From Pedosphaera sp. (GTDB taxonomy: Bacteria; Verrucomicrobiota; Verrucomicrobiia; Limisphaerales; SIBH01): a stretch of 62,089 nt of DNA. The position numbers and the translations under genes were made by a program. Location: assembly GCA_031414955.1 (NCBI GenBank), contig JANOQV010000045.1:1-62089 (forward strand), read 5' to 3'. Within the stretch, counting starts at the first letter, position 1. Each line of letters begins with the position of its first letter. Positions 39,994 through 50,011 of the stretch are shown here, piece by piece. The notes under the pieces are model-generated. The model was not told the DNA's origin. It did no database searches and was given only the letters and a program-made list of their open reading frames with translations.

Positions 39994-41397
39994 TCAGGAC
40001 TGCGCCGATTGCTTCTGCCTGCCGACCCAGGTTGCAATGCCCATGAAGATGAGGCTGACCACAAACATCAGCCCGGCGTAGAAGTAAAGCTCCCTGGCCC
40101 CGCTGGCTTTGATGTAACGGGCATTGAGGTCGGTGAACAAGGCGATGAGGAAATGCCCGCCCGCGATGGTCAGCAGCCAGAAACTCATCATGGTGCTGCG
40201 CATGGATTTGGGGGCCTCGGCGAAGGCATATTCCAGCCCAGTGGCCGACACGAGCACTTCGCCCGCGACGAGAACGATGTAGGGCACGAGCTGCCACGCG
40301 AGCGAGAGCTTCTCGCCGGCATCAAGGCGGCCCTGCATCCAGCCGGAGATGACGTAGGTGACGCCGGCCAACACCATGCCCACGGCCATGCGGCGCAAGG
40401 TGGTCGGGCGCAGGCCAAGCTTTTCGCAAAGCGGGTACACCAGGTAAGTGAGGATGGGCACCCAGATCATGACGAGGATCGAGCCGACCGCCTGCATACG
40501 CTCGCCATCCACCTTGAACCCGAGCACAGCGAAGGGCGTCATCTTCTCGCCCTGCAAGACCCAGGTGCTGTTGACCTGATTGTAGAGCGCGAAGAACACG
40601 GGGACCGTGAGGAAGACGAGGAGAATACGGCCGACGGCCCGGACGCCATGCACTTCCTCCGCGCTGAACTTCCCGAGGGCCGCATCCAGCCAGCGCTGGC
40701 CGGGCTTGCGCTGGCCTTGGTTGTTGAACGCGTAGAGGAGCACCTTCATCACGCCGGCCTGATGCGACTGGCGCTGCGGCGGCTGACGTACGTATTTCTT
40801 CCGTCCCAGCCAGAAGATGAACGTCGCCACGGCCATGGCGATGCCCGGCACGCCGAAGGCCCAACCGTAGCCCTTCTCATCCCGCATCATGGGAATGAGC
40901 GCGAAGCCGAACGCGGCTCCGAAGTTGATCGACCAGTAGAACCAGCCATACACGCGGGTCAGCCCCTTTTCATTGCCGGCCGGGAATTGATCGCCCACGA
41001 AGGCCGACACGCAGGGCTTGATGCCGCCCGCGCCGATGGCGATCAGAATCAGCCCGAGGTACACGCCGTTCAAGTTGCCCTCGAAGAGCGCCAGCGCGCC
41101 GTGGCCCGCGCAGTAGAAAAACGAGATGGTGAGAATGGTCCAGTAACGTCCGAGCCATTTGTCCGCCAGCCACGCGCCGAAGAGCGGCAGGAAGTAAACC
41201 GCCGTGGCGAACAGATGGACGATCTTCTTGCCTTCCACGTCGCCCAGATTCAGTTGCCGGCTCAGATAGATGGTCAGGATGGACATCATCCCGTAGTAGC
41301 TGAAGCGCTCGGCGGCTTCATTGCCGATGATGAAAGGGACGCCGCGCGGCAGCCTGCCAGGTTGCGCCGGAGCGGAAGCGGATGTGTTTTCAGCCAT
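39994..41397 (-). CDS. POT/PTR2 family proton-dependent oligopeptide transporter (MFS)
   Basis: NEAAERFSYYGM (ExxERFxYY), GGIKPCVSAFVGDQF, FYWSINFG. Confidence 0.93.
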   Translation of the reverse strand: MAENTSASAPAQPGRLPRGVPFIIGNEAAERFSYYGMMSILTIYLSRQLNLGDVEGKKIVHLFATAVYFLPLFGAWLADKWLGRYWTILTISFFYCAGHGALALFEGNLNGVYLGLILIAIGAGGIKPCVSAFVGDQFPAGNEKGLTRVYGWFYWSINFGAAFGFALIPMMRDEKGYGWAFGVPGIAMAVATFIFWLGRKKYVRQPPQRQSHQAGVMKVLLYAFNNQGQRKPGQRWLDAALGKFSAEEVHGVRAVGRILLVFLTVPVFFALYNQVNSTWVLQGEKMTPFAVLGFKVDGERMQAVGSILVMIWVPILTYLVYPLCEKLGLRPTTLRRMAVGMVLAGVTYVISGWMQGRLDAGEKLSLAWQLVPYIVLVAGEVLVSATGLEYAFAEAPKSMRSTMMSFWLLTIAGGHFLIALFTDLNARYIKASGARELYFYAGLMFVVSLIFMGIATWVGRQKQSAQS

Positions 41398-41518
41398 AGG
41401 TGTGGGCGGACTGTTTCAAAGCGGCCCCGCCAGGGCGAGCGCGAATTGCCGGAGAGAACGCCTGTGGGCGCATCGCCGCGCTTGCTTCGCCGGAGGGCCA
41501 AGGGCCAAGATCGCACGC

Positions 41519-42943
41519 ATGTCCACCCGCCCGCAATTCTATCTCCAGTGGCGTGCCAGCCAGCATCGCCTTCCGGTGCTGCGCGAGAACGACCCGCCGC
41601 CGGAGCACCTGGCGCAGAACATCTGGCATCACCAACGCCTCCGACGCGACGCGTTGCGCCTGCTGGACGGCCGGACCCTGCGCGTGCTGCATCCTGGTTT
41701 TTGGAATCACGGCGCGGGACCGGATTTCCGGGACGGGGTGCTTCAGATCGGCAGCGAGCCGCCTTTCACCGGCGACGTGGAAGTCGATTTGCAATCCTCC
41801 GGCTGGCGCGGACATGGACACGACCGGAACAAGAATTTTGCCAACGTGAAGCTGCATGTGGTGTGGGAGGGGGCGACCAAAACCGAGTTGCCCACGCTGG
41901 CCCTGAAAAGTTTCCTGGATGCGCCCCTCGCCGAACTTGCCCTCTGGCTCACCACCGACGTGGCGAAGCAGTATCCCGAACCACTGCGGGGCCAGTGCGC
42001 CGCCCCGCTGCGCGATTTGTCCGGCCCCCAGGTCGAACAACTGCTGAACGAAGCCGCGCTGGTGCGCTGGGAGCGCAAGGCCGCCGACCTGCACGCGCGC
42101 GCGCGCCACGCCGGCTGGGAACAGGCCCTCTGGGAAGGAATGCTCCGCGCCCTCGGCTACCAGCATAATGTCTGGCCCATGCAGCGCCTGGGCGAACTGC
42201 GCGGGCGCCTGACCGGGGACACGTTGCCGGTGATTTCAACCCAAGCCCGATTGCTCGGCGTGAGCGGCCTCCTGCCGGCGGACCTGACCCGGCACCAGCG
42301 CACGGCCGACAGTTATTTGCGCACGGTCTGGGACCATTGGTGGCGCGAGCGGGACGCCTTCAGCGATTGCGTGCTGCCCAAGAATCTCTGGCGATTGGCC
42401 GGCCTGCGCCCGGCCAACAACCCGCAACGCCGGCTGGCGCTGGCAGCGCACTGGCTGCGCGATGAGACTTTGTTTCAGCGACTGGAGAAATGGCTGGTCG
42501 GTCCGGCGGAAGCAAGTTTGCCCGAATCCCTGCTCAAGGTGTTGCAGCCAGGGGTGGATGAATTTTGGTCGCGGCACTGGACCTTGCGCTCGGCGGACCT
42601 GGCCGAACCGCAGCCCCTGCTCGGCCAGAGCCGAGCCACAGACCTCGCCGTCAACGTGGTGCTGCCGTGGTGCTGGGTGCGGGCGAAGGAAGAAGGCAAC
42701 ACGCGCCTGCAAACCGAGGCCGAGCGACGCTACTTCGCCTGGCCTGCGGCCGAAGACAACTCCGTGCTGCGCCTCGCGCGGGATCGGCTGCTGGGCGGGA
42801 AGAAGGGCGCCCGACTGGCCAGCGCCGCCCGGCAACAGGGTCTGCTGCAAGTGGTGCGCGACTTCTGTGAGCACTCGAACGCGCTCTGCACGGATTGCAA
42901 ATTCCCCGAACTGGTGCGCAACTGGCAGATCACGGCCAGGTAA
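41519..42943 (+). CDS. DUF2851 family protein
   Basis: PGFWN.GAGPDF, GDVE.D, W.GHGH..N.NF..V.LHVVW, RPANNPQRRLA, QQGLLQ...DFC...C..C. Start at ATG 41519. Confidence 0.85.
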   Translation: MSTRPQFYLQWRASQHRLPVLRENDPPPEHLAQNIWHHQRLRRDALRLLDGRTLRVLHPGFWNHGAGPDFRDGVLQIGSEPPFTGDVEVDLQSSGWRGHGHDRNKNFANVKLHVVWEGATKTELPTLALKSFLDAPLAELALWLTTDVAKQYPEPLRGQCAAPLRDLSGPQVEQLLNEAALVRWERKAADLHARARHAGWEQALWEGMLRALGYQHNVWPMQRLGELRGRLTGDTLPVISTQARLLGVSGLLPADLTRHQRTADSYLRTVWDHWWRERDAFSDCVLPKNLWRLAGLRPANNPQRRLALAAHWLRDETLFQRLEKWLVGPAEASLPESLLKVLQPGVDEFWSRHWTLRSADLAEPQPLLGQSRATDLAVNVVLPWCWVRAKEEGNTRLQTEAERRYFAWPAAEDNSVLRLARDRLLGGKKGARLASAARQQGLLQVVRDFCEHSNALCTDCKFPELVRNWQITAR

Positions 42944-42969
42944 TTTTCCGGGCGCGTGAACCCACCCGG

Positions 42970-43272
42970 CTATTTCTCAGCCTTGGCGGCCTTCTCGGCG
43001 ACTTTCTTCTGGTAGGGCGAGTGGAGGTTGAAATAGATGCCGCAGAGCGGGCGGTCATGCTCGGCCTGGCTCAGGATAATGGTGACGTGCCGGTCGAGCG
43101 CGATGCCATGGCGCATGTTTGCCCCGCGCTTGTCGTAGGCCTTGATCGCCTTCTCCATCAGCGATTCGAGGGAGTGCTCACAGTCCTCCGGCACCTTGTC
43201 GATGCAGACGATGTAGCGCTCATAAATTTTGAGGGCCTCATCCATCTCGGGCCTGAACATTTCGGCGGTCAC
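42970..43272 (-). CDS. Hypothetical protein
   Basis: 100-aa ORF with coding-like composition, co-oriented with yggS. Confidence 0.7.
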   Translation of the reverse strand: MTAEMFRPEMDEALKIYERYIVCIDKVPEDCEHSLESLMEKAIKAYDKRGANMRHGIALDRHVTIILSQAEHDRPLCGIYFNLHSPYQKKVAEKAAKAEK

Positions 43273-43335
43273 GAGTCGAAGGTAGGAGTTCGGATGGGAA
43301 ATTTCAAAGTTGAAAGTGCGACCGGCACATCTCGG

Positions 43336-44049
43336 TCAAGGGCCGTCATCCAGTACGGCGGGCTGTAACGGCTTGGGCCGCGCGCCGAAGAGCGCCGTGC
43401 CGATGCGCACGATCGTGGCCCCTTCCTCGATGGCCACCGCGAAGTCACCGCTCATGCCCATGCTCAAATGGATCAGCGACACTCCGAGTTGCTGCTCGCA
43501 TTCCGACTTCAGTTCGCGCAAGCGCCGAAAGGCGGGACGCGCCCGCTCTGGCTCCGGCGACCAGGGCGCGATGGTCATGAGGCCGCGCAGTTCCAGCCGC
43601 GGCAGCGCATTGATGGCTCCCAGATTTTCCAGCACCGAGTCGGACTTGAAGCCGAACTTCGTGGCTTCGCCCGAGTTCACTTCGAGCAAGACCGGTATGG
43701 TCTTGCCGATTTTCTCCGCCCATTTGTTCAATTCCTCCGCCAGCGCCAGGCTGTCCACGCCTTGGATCATCTCGAAGAGTTGCACCGCCTCGCGGCACTT
43801 GTTGGATTGCAAATGGCCGATCATCTGCCAGTGCGCGCGACTGGGGCAGAGCGGGATCTTGGCCTTCGACTCCTGCACCTTGCTTTCCCCGAAGTGCATC
43901 TGGCCGAGAGCCACGGCCTCGCCGATCAGTTCGGGCGGCACGCCCTTGCTCACGGCGAGCAGTTGGACGGAATCGCGCGGACGGTTGGCGCGCGCACACG
44001 CGTCGGCGATGCGCTGCTCGATGGCGACGAAATTATCAGCAAGACCCAT
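43336..44049 (-). CDS. yggS: YggS/PROSC PLP-binding protein
   Basis: LLAVSK, FGESKVQE, IGHLQSNK, LSMGMSGDF..AIEEGAT.VRIGTALFG. Confidence 0.95.
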   Translation of the reverse strand: MGLADNFVAIEQRIADACARANRPRDSVQLLAVSKGVPPELIGEAVALGQMHFGESKVQESKAKIPLCPSRAHWQMIGHLQSNKCREAVQLFEMIQGVDSLALAEELNKWAEKIGKTIPVLLEVNSGEATKFGFKSDSVLENLGAINALPRLELRGLMTIAPWSPEPERARPAFRRLRELKSECEQQLGVSLIHLSMGMSGDFAVAIEEGATIVRIGTALFGARPKPLQPAVLDDGP

Positions 44050-44137
44050 GCGGTGAAAATAGGGAAACAGTGAACCGTGAACCAGCCATCAGTAAGGCCG
44101 TGGGCGAATGGTACGGAGCAGCGTTTGCGTAACACAC

Positions 44138-45883
44138 CTACGGCGCGAACTCCAGGATCCCGAACCGCTCCGGGGTGTGGAATGAGCCGGTCAGGGCCGG
44201 GTTGAAGGCGAGGAAGGCTTTGTTCGCGTAGTCGCAGCGATACAAGTTGATGCGCCAGCGGCCCACGGCCGAAGGCTTGCCCCCCAACGCGGCCATCGGG
44301 ATGCGCATCTCCGCCGTCCAACATTTCGCCTTGGCATCCACGCGCGTGGCCGACTCGAAGCCGCTGCTCCAGACGAAATCCTTCTCGGGAATCTTCACGT
44401 CCAGCCGCTCGTTCGTCGGCGACACCTCGTACTCGGTGTAGCGGCGCACGTTGTTCGCGTCGCTGGCGATGAAGGCTTCCACCACGTCGCGTTCCCAAAG
44501 GCCAAAGCGTTCCTGGGCCTGCACCGGCTGAAACGTGGTCAGGGTGGTGAATGGACACTCGTAAGCGAGGTAAAGAAACTTATCCGACCAGAGAGCGCGC
44601 ACGCTGGTACTCATCTCGGGCCGCACAGCCCCGGAACGGGAGTCGCATTCGAGCGCCACGGACTTCGCGGTCTGCCAGGCCCGCTTCGAGAGGTCGCCGT
44701 TGACCTGGAAGTCGGTGGCCGCGCGATCCGCCCTGAGAACCGGCTTGGGCAACGAGCGCGCCAGGAGCTTGCGGGCGTTGTCGAAATAGATCTTCCGCAG
44801 CACCGGCGCGGGCAGGCCAATGCCGCTGATCGTCCAGTCGCCTTGGATGGGCGTCATGTGCGGGAAGTTGCGGTCGTTCGTCTCCAGCCAGCGCCATTCC
44901 TTGGCGAAGAATTCCGCCGCGTCGTCGTCGGTCGGCGGTGGCTCGTTGCCGCTCGATCCAAGGATGAGCCGGTTGTAAACCTGAAAGTCCGTGGCGAAGA
45001 GGATGCGGTCCTGATGCTTGGTGAAAAGCCGCCGCACCTTCTCCGGATCGTGCCGGCCAATCTCCGGAATGCGCGCGGCCAGGTCCGCCATCATGTTCGG
45101 GTGCTTACTGAGCGCGGCGTCCACCCACTCCAGTTCCTCGGCGTTGTTGGCGAAATGCACACACACGAATGTTGTCTTGGGATGACGGGCGATGACACGG
45201 TTCAGCGCCTCCAAGAGTTCCAAGCGCGGCGGGTATTTGTTCGTGTCGCCGAACCACCAGCTTTTGTGATCCTTCAATTCCTTCCAGCGTTCGTTGCTCT
45301 CCGTGTAAGGCAGCCAGAAGGCGCGCGGGTCGGCGACGTGGATGGACACGGGCATGTTGAGTTCGCCGCAACGCTTCCACATGGGGTCGAGCTTGGGGTC
45401 ATCGATCTTGATCAACTGGCCCGCGCCGTCCTTCAGGTAAAGGCCGAGGCGCTTGTATTCCTTGAAGCCGGCGGCACCGAGGCGGTGGCCTTCCTCGATT
45501 TGCTTCACGGCCTGGGCGGAGAAATCCGGCGCATCCCAGCCAGCGTAATCAAGGTTCATGTATTGCAGGAAACGTCCCGGGAAAAGCGCGTCCGCCATCA
45601 GCTTGTTGCGCTCGAATTCGGACAGGGCATTCGTCCCGCGCGTGACCGAGCCGCCGCTCAGATTCACGGACACGCCGACCCCGACGCGATCCATAATGCG
45701 CACCGCGCGGGAGATGTGCTGAGTGGTGCCGTTGATGTGCTGGTGTAAATCAATGATGCGATGTCCGGCGCGCCAGACGTCGCCTGCCGCGCGCGCCTCA
45801 TGTATGGCGCGCTCAGATAAAGTTGAGCAGCCGGACAGTAGAGCAAGCCAGACGACGGCGCCGGCAAAAATGGATTTGTGCAT
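44138..45883 (-). CDS. Amidohydrolase_2 family lipoprotein with C-terminal CBM9-like domain
   Basis: Lipobox LSGC, IIDLHQH, IHVADP, CVHFAN, LFATD; C-terminal VRALWS...LWERDVVE.F...WRINLYR...FHTPERFG. Start at ATG 45883. Confidence 0.8.
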   Translation of the reverse strand: MHKSIFAGAVVWLALLSGCSTLSERAIHEARAAGDVWRAGHRIIDLHQHINGTTQHISRAVRIMDRVGVGVSVNLSGGSVTRGTNALSEFERNKLMADALFPGRFLQYMNLDYAGWDAPDFSAQAVKQIEEGHRLGAAGFKEYKRLGLYLKDGAGQLIKIDDPKLDPMWKRCGELNMPVSIHVADPRAFWLPYTESNERWKELKDHKSWWFGDTNKYPPRLELLEALNRVIARHPKTTFVCVHFANNAEELEWVDAALSKHPNMMADLAARIPEIGRHDPEKVRRLFTKHQDRILFATDFQVYNRLILGSSGNEPPPTDDDAAEFFAKEWRWLETNDRNFPHMTPIQGDWTISGIGLPAPVLRKIYFDNARKLLARSLPKPVLRADRAATDFQVNGDLSKRAWQTAKSVALECDSRSGAVRPEMSTSVRALWSDKFLYLAYECPFTTLTTFQPVQAQERFGLWERDVVEAFIASDANNVRRYTEYEVSPTNERLDVKIPEKDFVWSSGFESATRVDAKAKCWTAEMRIPMAALGGKPSAVGRWRINLYRCDYANKAFLAFNPALTGSFHTPERFGILEFAP

Positions 45884-46019
45884 AAGGGTCGATGGCCTTG
45901 ATAGCACGGGCCACCGGACTGAACAGCCTCAAATCAGAGCCTCCTTCCGAAGGCGGGCCTGGAGCTGTCCGCCTTGGAACCGAACGGCAGGTGCGCCCAG
46001 TGGCTGGCCTTGCCCCATG

Positions 46020-46110
46020 TTTCTGCCGGCAAATCTTTCTGCCATGAAATCCCAACCCCCTCGTGGTGCCGCCCACATACTTTTATGGAAGAAAGATTTA
46101 CGGGCAGAAA
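46020..46110. repeat. Inverted repeat (TTTCTGCC...GGCAGAAA type) upstream of the carB half-gene
   Basis: TTTCTGCCGGCAAATCTTTCTGCCAT versus ATGGAAGAAAGATTTACGGGCAGAAA (26 bp, 3 mismatches). Confidence 0.7.
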
Positions 46111-46200
46111 TTTGGAAACGGACGCGGTTCATCCCGGTTGCACGCGGTACTTGTCAGCACCCTGGAGGTCAGGCTTACTTTGCCAGATTTTTTGCGGCCC

Positions 46201-47991
46201 ATGACTCCTGAATTATTAGCCAAAGCCAAGTCGCTCGGGTTCTCCGACCGGCAGATCGCCCACCTGTCCGGCCAGACCGAGGATGAAATCCGCGCCTGGC
46301 GCAAACGCATCGGTCTCGTGCCCAGCTACCGGCTGGTCGATACCTGCGCGGCGGAGTTCGAGGCTTACACGCCTTACTTTTATTCCACCTACGATCGCGG
46401 CGACGACGAGGTGCGCCCGAGCGACAAGCGCAAGGTGATGATTCTCGGCGGCGGCCCGAATCGCATCGGCCAGGGCATCGAGTTTGACTACTGCTGCGTC
46501 CATGCCGCCTTTGCGCTCAAGGAGGATGGCTACGAGACCTTGATGGTGAACTCGAACCCGGAGACGGTTTCGACGGACTACGACACGAGCGACAAGCTCT
46601 TCTTCGAACCGCTCACGCTCGAGGACGTGCTGCACATCTATGAGCGGGAGAAGTGCTGGGGCGCCATCGCGCAATTCGGCGGGCAGACGCCGCTCAATCT
46701 CGCGCTTGGACTCCAGAAGAACGGCGTGAACATCATCGGCACCTCGCCGCAGAGCATTGAGATCGCCGAGGACCGCAAGCTCTTTGCCGCGATGCTCGAC
46801 AAACTCGAAATCCCGCAGCCGCCCAACGGCCTGGCCACCAACGAGGCCGAGGCACTGACCGCTTCGAAGCGCCTCGGCTACCCGGTGCTGGTGCGCCCCA
46901 GCTTCGTGCTCGGTGGCCGCGCCATGCAGATTGTTTATTCGGATGCGGAGTTGTCGCACTACATGCGCTTTGCGGTCGAGGCATCGCCCGAGCGTCCGGT
47001 GCTGGTGGACAAGTTCCTCGAAGACGCGACCGAGGTGGACGTGGATTGCATCGCGGATGTCGGTCACTTCGCCGACCCGACGCAGGGCACCATCGTCATC
47101 GGTGGGATGCTGGAGCACATTGAGTTCGCCGGCGTGCATTCAGGCGACGCGGCCATGGTCCTGCCGCCGCACACGCTTTCCAAGTCGGTCATCGAAACCA
47201 TTCGCCAGTACACCCACGCCATGGCGCGCGAGTTGAAGGTCATCGGCCTGATGAACGTGCAGTACGCGGTGAAGGGCGAGAAAGTCTATGTGCTGGAAGT
47301 AAACCCGCGCGCCTCCCGCACGGTGCCCTTCGTGAGCAAGGCCATCGGCCGGCCGCTGGCCAAACTGGCCGCAAAAGTGATGGCGGGCAAGAAGCTCACC
47401 GAACTCGGCTTCACCGAGGAAATCTGGAGCAAGTACTGGGCGGTGAAGGAATCCGTGTTCCCGTTCAACCGCTTTCACGGCCAGGACATTCTCCTCTCGC
47501 CCGAGATGCGCTCGACCGGTGAAGTAATGGGCTTGGACGCCGACCTCGGCATCGCCTATGCGAAGTCGCAGATGGCCGCCAACTCGCCTTTGCCCACGGG
47601 CGGCAAGGTGTTCATCAGCGTGAGCGACGCGCACAAGCCCCATGTGGCGGCGGTCGGAAAGTCTTTCTCCGATCTGGGTTTTGAACTCGTCGCCACCGGC
47701 GGCACGGCGGACGTGATGGAGAAGGCCGGCTTGAAAGTGGAGCGCGTGCACAAGTTGCAAGAGGGCCGCCCCAACGCCGTTGATCTGCTCAAGAACAAGG
47801 AAATCCAGCTCGTCATCAACACGCCCAGTGGTGCGACGCCGCGCGCGGACGAGGTGAAGATCCGCACCACGGCGGTTTACACCGGCACCCCGATCATGAC
47901 CACGCTTTCGGGGGCCAAGGCGGCGGCGCTGGGCATCGCGGCGCTGAAGAAGAGCGGCTACGCGGTGAAGACGGTGCAGGAATTCCACTGA
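46201..47991 (+). CDS. carB: Carbamoyl-phosphate synthase large subunit, C-terminal half only (split CarB2)
   Basis: Starts at [10 protein letters not shown]..., then [28 protein letters not shown], one ATP-grasp domain and an MGS domain. 596 aa from ATG 46201. Confidence 0.92.
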   Translation: MTPELLAKAKSLGFSDRQIAHLSGQTEDEIRAWRKRIGLVPSYRLVDTCAAEFEAYTPYFYSTYDRGDDEVRPSDKRKVMILGGGPNRIGQGIEFDYCCVHAAFALKEDGYETLMVNSNPETVSTDYDTSDKLFFEPLTLEDVLHIYEREKCWGAIAQFGGQTPLNLALGLQKNGVNIIGTSPQSIEIAEDRKLFAAMLDKLEIPQPPNGLATNEAEALTASKRLGYPVLVRPSFVLGGRAMQIVYSDAELSHYMRFAVEASPERPVLVDKFLEDATEVDVDCIADVGHFADPTQGTIVIGGMLEHIEFAGVHSGDAAMVLPPHTLSKSVIETIRQYTHAMARELKVIGLMNVQYAVKGEKVYVLEVNPRASRTVPFVSKAIGRPLAKLAAKVMAGKKLTELGFTEEIWSKYWAVKESVFPFNRFHGQDILLSPEMRSTGEVMGLDADLGIAYAKSQMAANSPLPTGGKVFISVSDAHKPHVAAVGKSFSDLGFELVATGGTADVMEKAGLKVERVHKLQEGRPNAVDLLKNKEIQLVINTPSGATPRADEVKIRTTAVYTGTPIMTTLSGAKAAALGIAALKKSGYAVKTVQEFH

Positions 47992-48164
47992 GCGGCCCGG
48001 GCTGGAAGCTCATTGGACCGCGCCCTTTGAGCGCCGGTCGCGCCGGCCCTTTCGATCGGGTGGGCCGGCCATTTTGGGCCTCGGTGACAACGGCCCAGGC
48101 AGCAGCGAATTCCGGCAAACGCATTGCCAACGATCCCGGCCCGATCTAAAACCGGCCCGTCACC

Positions 48165-49322
48165 ATGCCGACACTCGTGGCCAACAGTCCGCAGGCTTCC
48201 ATCCGTCGCATTGAATTGCGGCTTGGCATCAACACCGTCGGTCGCGCCGAAGGCAACCATCACGTCATCCCGGAGGCTTCCATCTCCACCCGGCATTGCG
48301 AGTTGATCGTCGATGACGGAAGCGTCTCGGTGCGAGACCTCGGCTCGACCAACGGGACCTTCATCGAAGACCGCCCGGTGCAGCAGGAGGCGCTGGCTCA
48401 TGGACAGCGGATCAGGTTCGGTGGCGTGGAATACTTTCTCGAGGCGTCCGAAACGGTCGGCCCGGCCCGGCCGGGCGACGTGCGCGTCCACCTTCACAGC
48501 GCCGCGACGGAACCGGCCATCGTGCCGCCACCGATGGGCCACACCGCCCACGATTCCATTGCGGCGCTGGCCGCGACCGTAACGGAAGCACCTGGTTTCC
48601 ACGCCTCGCTGCCGGGAGCCTTCGCTTATCCGTTCAAGCGCAATGGGATCATCCTGCTGCTCATCGGTTCGATCCTCTTCGTGGTGCTCGAGTTTCTCTC
48701 CAGTGTGTCCTCTCCGTCCGTCGGTGGTCGCATCCGCGTGACCCGCTTCTCCATCCTGATCACCGTCATCACCGTCGGCTACCTCTATGCCTTCATGCAA
48801 AAAGTGATCGTGCATTCGGCGCAAGGGGAGGACGGGATGCCGGATTTTCCAGAGCTGGGTGAATGGTGGTCGGATATCCTCCAGCCATTCCTGTTTTTGC
48901 TGGGCGTGTCGCTGGTTTCATTTGGGCCCGGCCTGCTCGTGTTGATTTTCAGCGGGGAGAACATTGCGCAGGGAATCCTGGGGATGGCGATGCTGGGTTT
49001 TGGCGCGCTGTACTTTCCCATGGCCTTGCTGGCGGTCGCCGTCTCGGACAATTTCATCGGCCTCAGTCCCCACATTGTCATCCCCTCCATGCTCAAGGTA
49101 TTTCCAGCCTACATCGTCGCCCTGCTCATGATCGGAACGCTCTTTGGGATCCGTCTCGCGGGCGGCCTGGCGGTGAACAGCATTCCCCTGGAAATGATCC
49201 CCATCAAAATCTTTGCCACCTTGGTCATGGGATTCATCTCCCTCTACCTGCTGACAGTGAACATGCGCGTGCTGGGGCTGCTGTTCCGTTCCTATCGCGC
49301 CCGGCTGGGCTGGCTGGGCTGA
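48165..49322 (+). CDS. FHA-domain membrane protein
   Basis: TVGR...ISTRHC...DLGSTNGTF; C-terminal multi-TM region (DUF4013-like). Confidence 0.85.
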   Translation: MPTLVANSPQASIRRIELRLGINTVGRAEGNHHVIPEASISTRHCELIVDDGSVSVRDLGSTNGTFIEDRPVQQEALAHGQRIRFGGVEYFLEASETVGPARPGDVRVHLHSAATEPAIVPPPMGHTAHDSIAALAATVTEAPGFHASLPGAFAYPFKRNGIILLLIGSILFVVLEFLSSVSSPSVGGRIRVTRFSILITVITVGYLYAFMQKVIVHSAQGEDGMPDFPELGEWWSDILQPFLFLLGVSLVSFGPGLLVLIFSGENIAQGILGMAMLGFGALYFPMALLAVAVSDNFIGLSPHIVIPSMLKVFPAYIVALLMIGTLFGIRLAGGLAVNSIPLEMIPIKIFATLVMGFISLYLLTVNMRVLGLLFRSYRARLGWLG

Positions 49323-49387
49323 AATCAACGTCCCGTCAATCGGTCGGCTTATCTGTTGCACTTTGCCGGGCGGGAATTCCTCAACCA

Positions 49388-49604
49388 TTCAAGCCGAATT
49401 CCGAAGCCGGATGGGCGGTCCGGCAACGGGAACGCCGCAACCCTCATCGGAGCGCGGGTTTTCAACCCACCGCAGGTCGCTCCCGCCGAGGATCGAAATA
49501 GTTCCGGCGATTTCCGCCCCGCCCAAGCGCGGCGGGTTGAAAACCCGCGCGCCGGGGCCAGGCCGCTGGCCGGGCCAAGGTTCGACTTCGGAACTCGGGT
49601 TCAA
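49388..49604. repeat. Nested palindromic element: outer 19-bp IR enclosing a REP doublet
   Basis: Outer TTCAAGCCGAATTCCGAAG / CTTCGGAACTCGGGTTCAA (16/19 match); inner GCGCGGGTTTTCAACCC..GGGTTGAAAACCCGCGC at 49449-49553. Confidence 0.7.
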
Positions 49605-50011
49605 GTCCGACGTGCAGCTTGATATCGAGTTGATCTATTTGCTGGCGGGGCCGGGTTGTGGACGATAAATCAATCCCGACCCCGAAACCGGTTCCCTGTT
49701 GCGTTGCCGTAAAACAGGAGGAGCTGGCGATGAGGACCAACGAAGTGAGCATGGTTTTGAACCTTCAACGTTTTGTGTCCGAGCGTAACAGTGGAACCGT
49801 CCCTGGCGAAAGATGCAGCCTCACCGCTTCGCTTCAACGCGTCACCGGAACTTTGACGGATGCAGGGATGCCAAGCGCAGCCCCGACTGGGCGTGAACTT
49901 CCAGCGCCTTCGTTGCTCCTCACTTTTGCGCATCAGGAAATTGAACGCCGGCCGAACGACACGGCGTTCGTGGACGGCAGGTTGAGGGAGTGACGTTCTT
50001 CATCTCGCAAA

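Noticed and set aside
39430..42168. 912-aa plus-strand ORF
   Set aside because: Shadow of the GNAT and POT genes running out of frame into DUF2851; no recognisable domain.
44066..44100. Short heptamer-like run (CAGTGAA CCGTGAA) upstream of yggS
   Set aside because: Only two or three degenerate units; too weak to call.
46063..46200. N-terminal extension of carB in the ORF track
   Set aside because: Overlaps the inverted repeat and has no CarB similarity; ATG 46201 preferred.
49658..49993. 111-aa ORF upstream of the kinase
   Set aside because: No motifs and weak coding signal; not the ECF sigma often found in this position.
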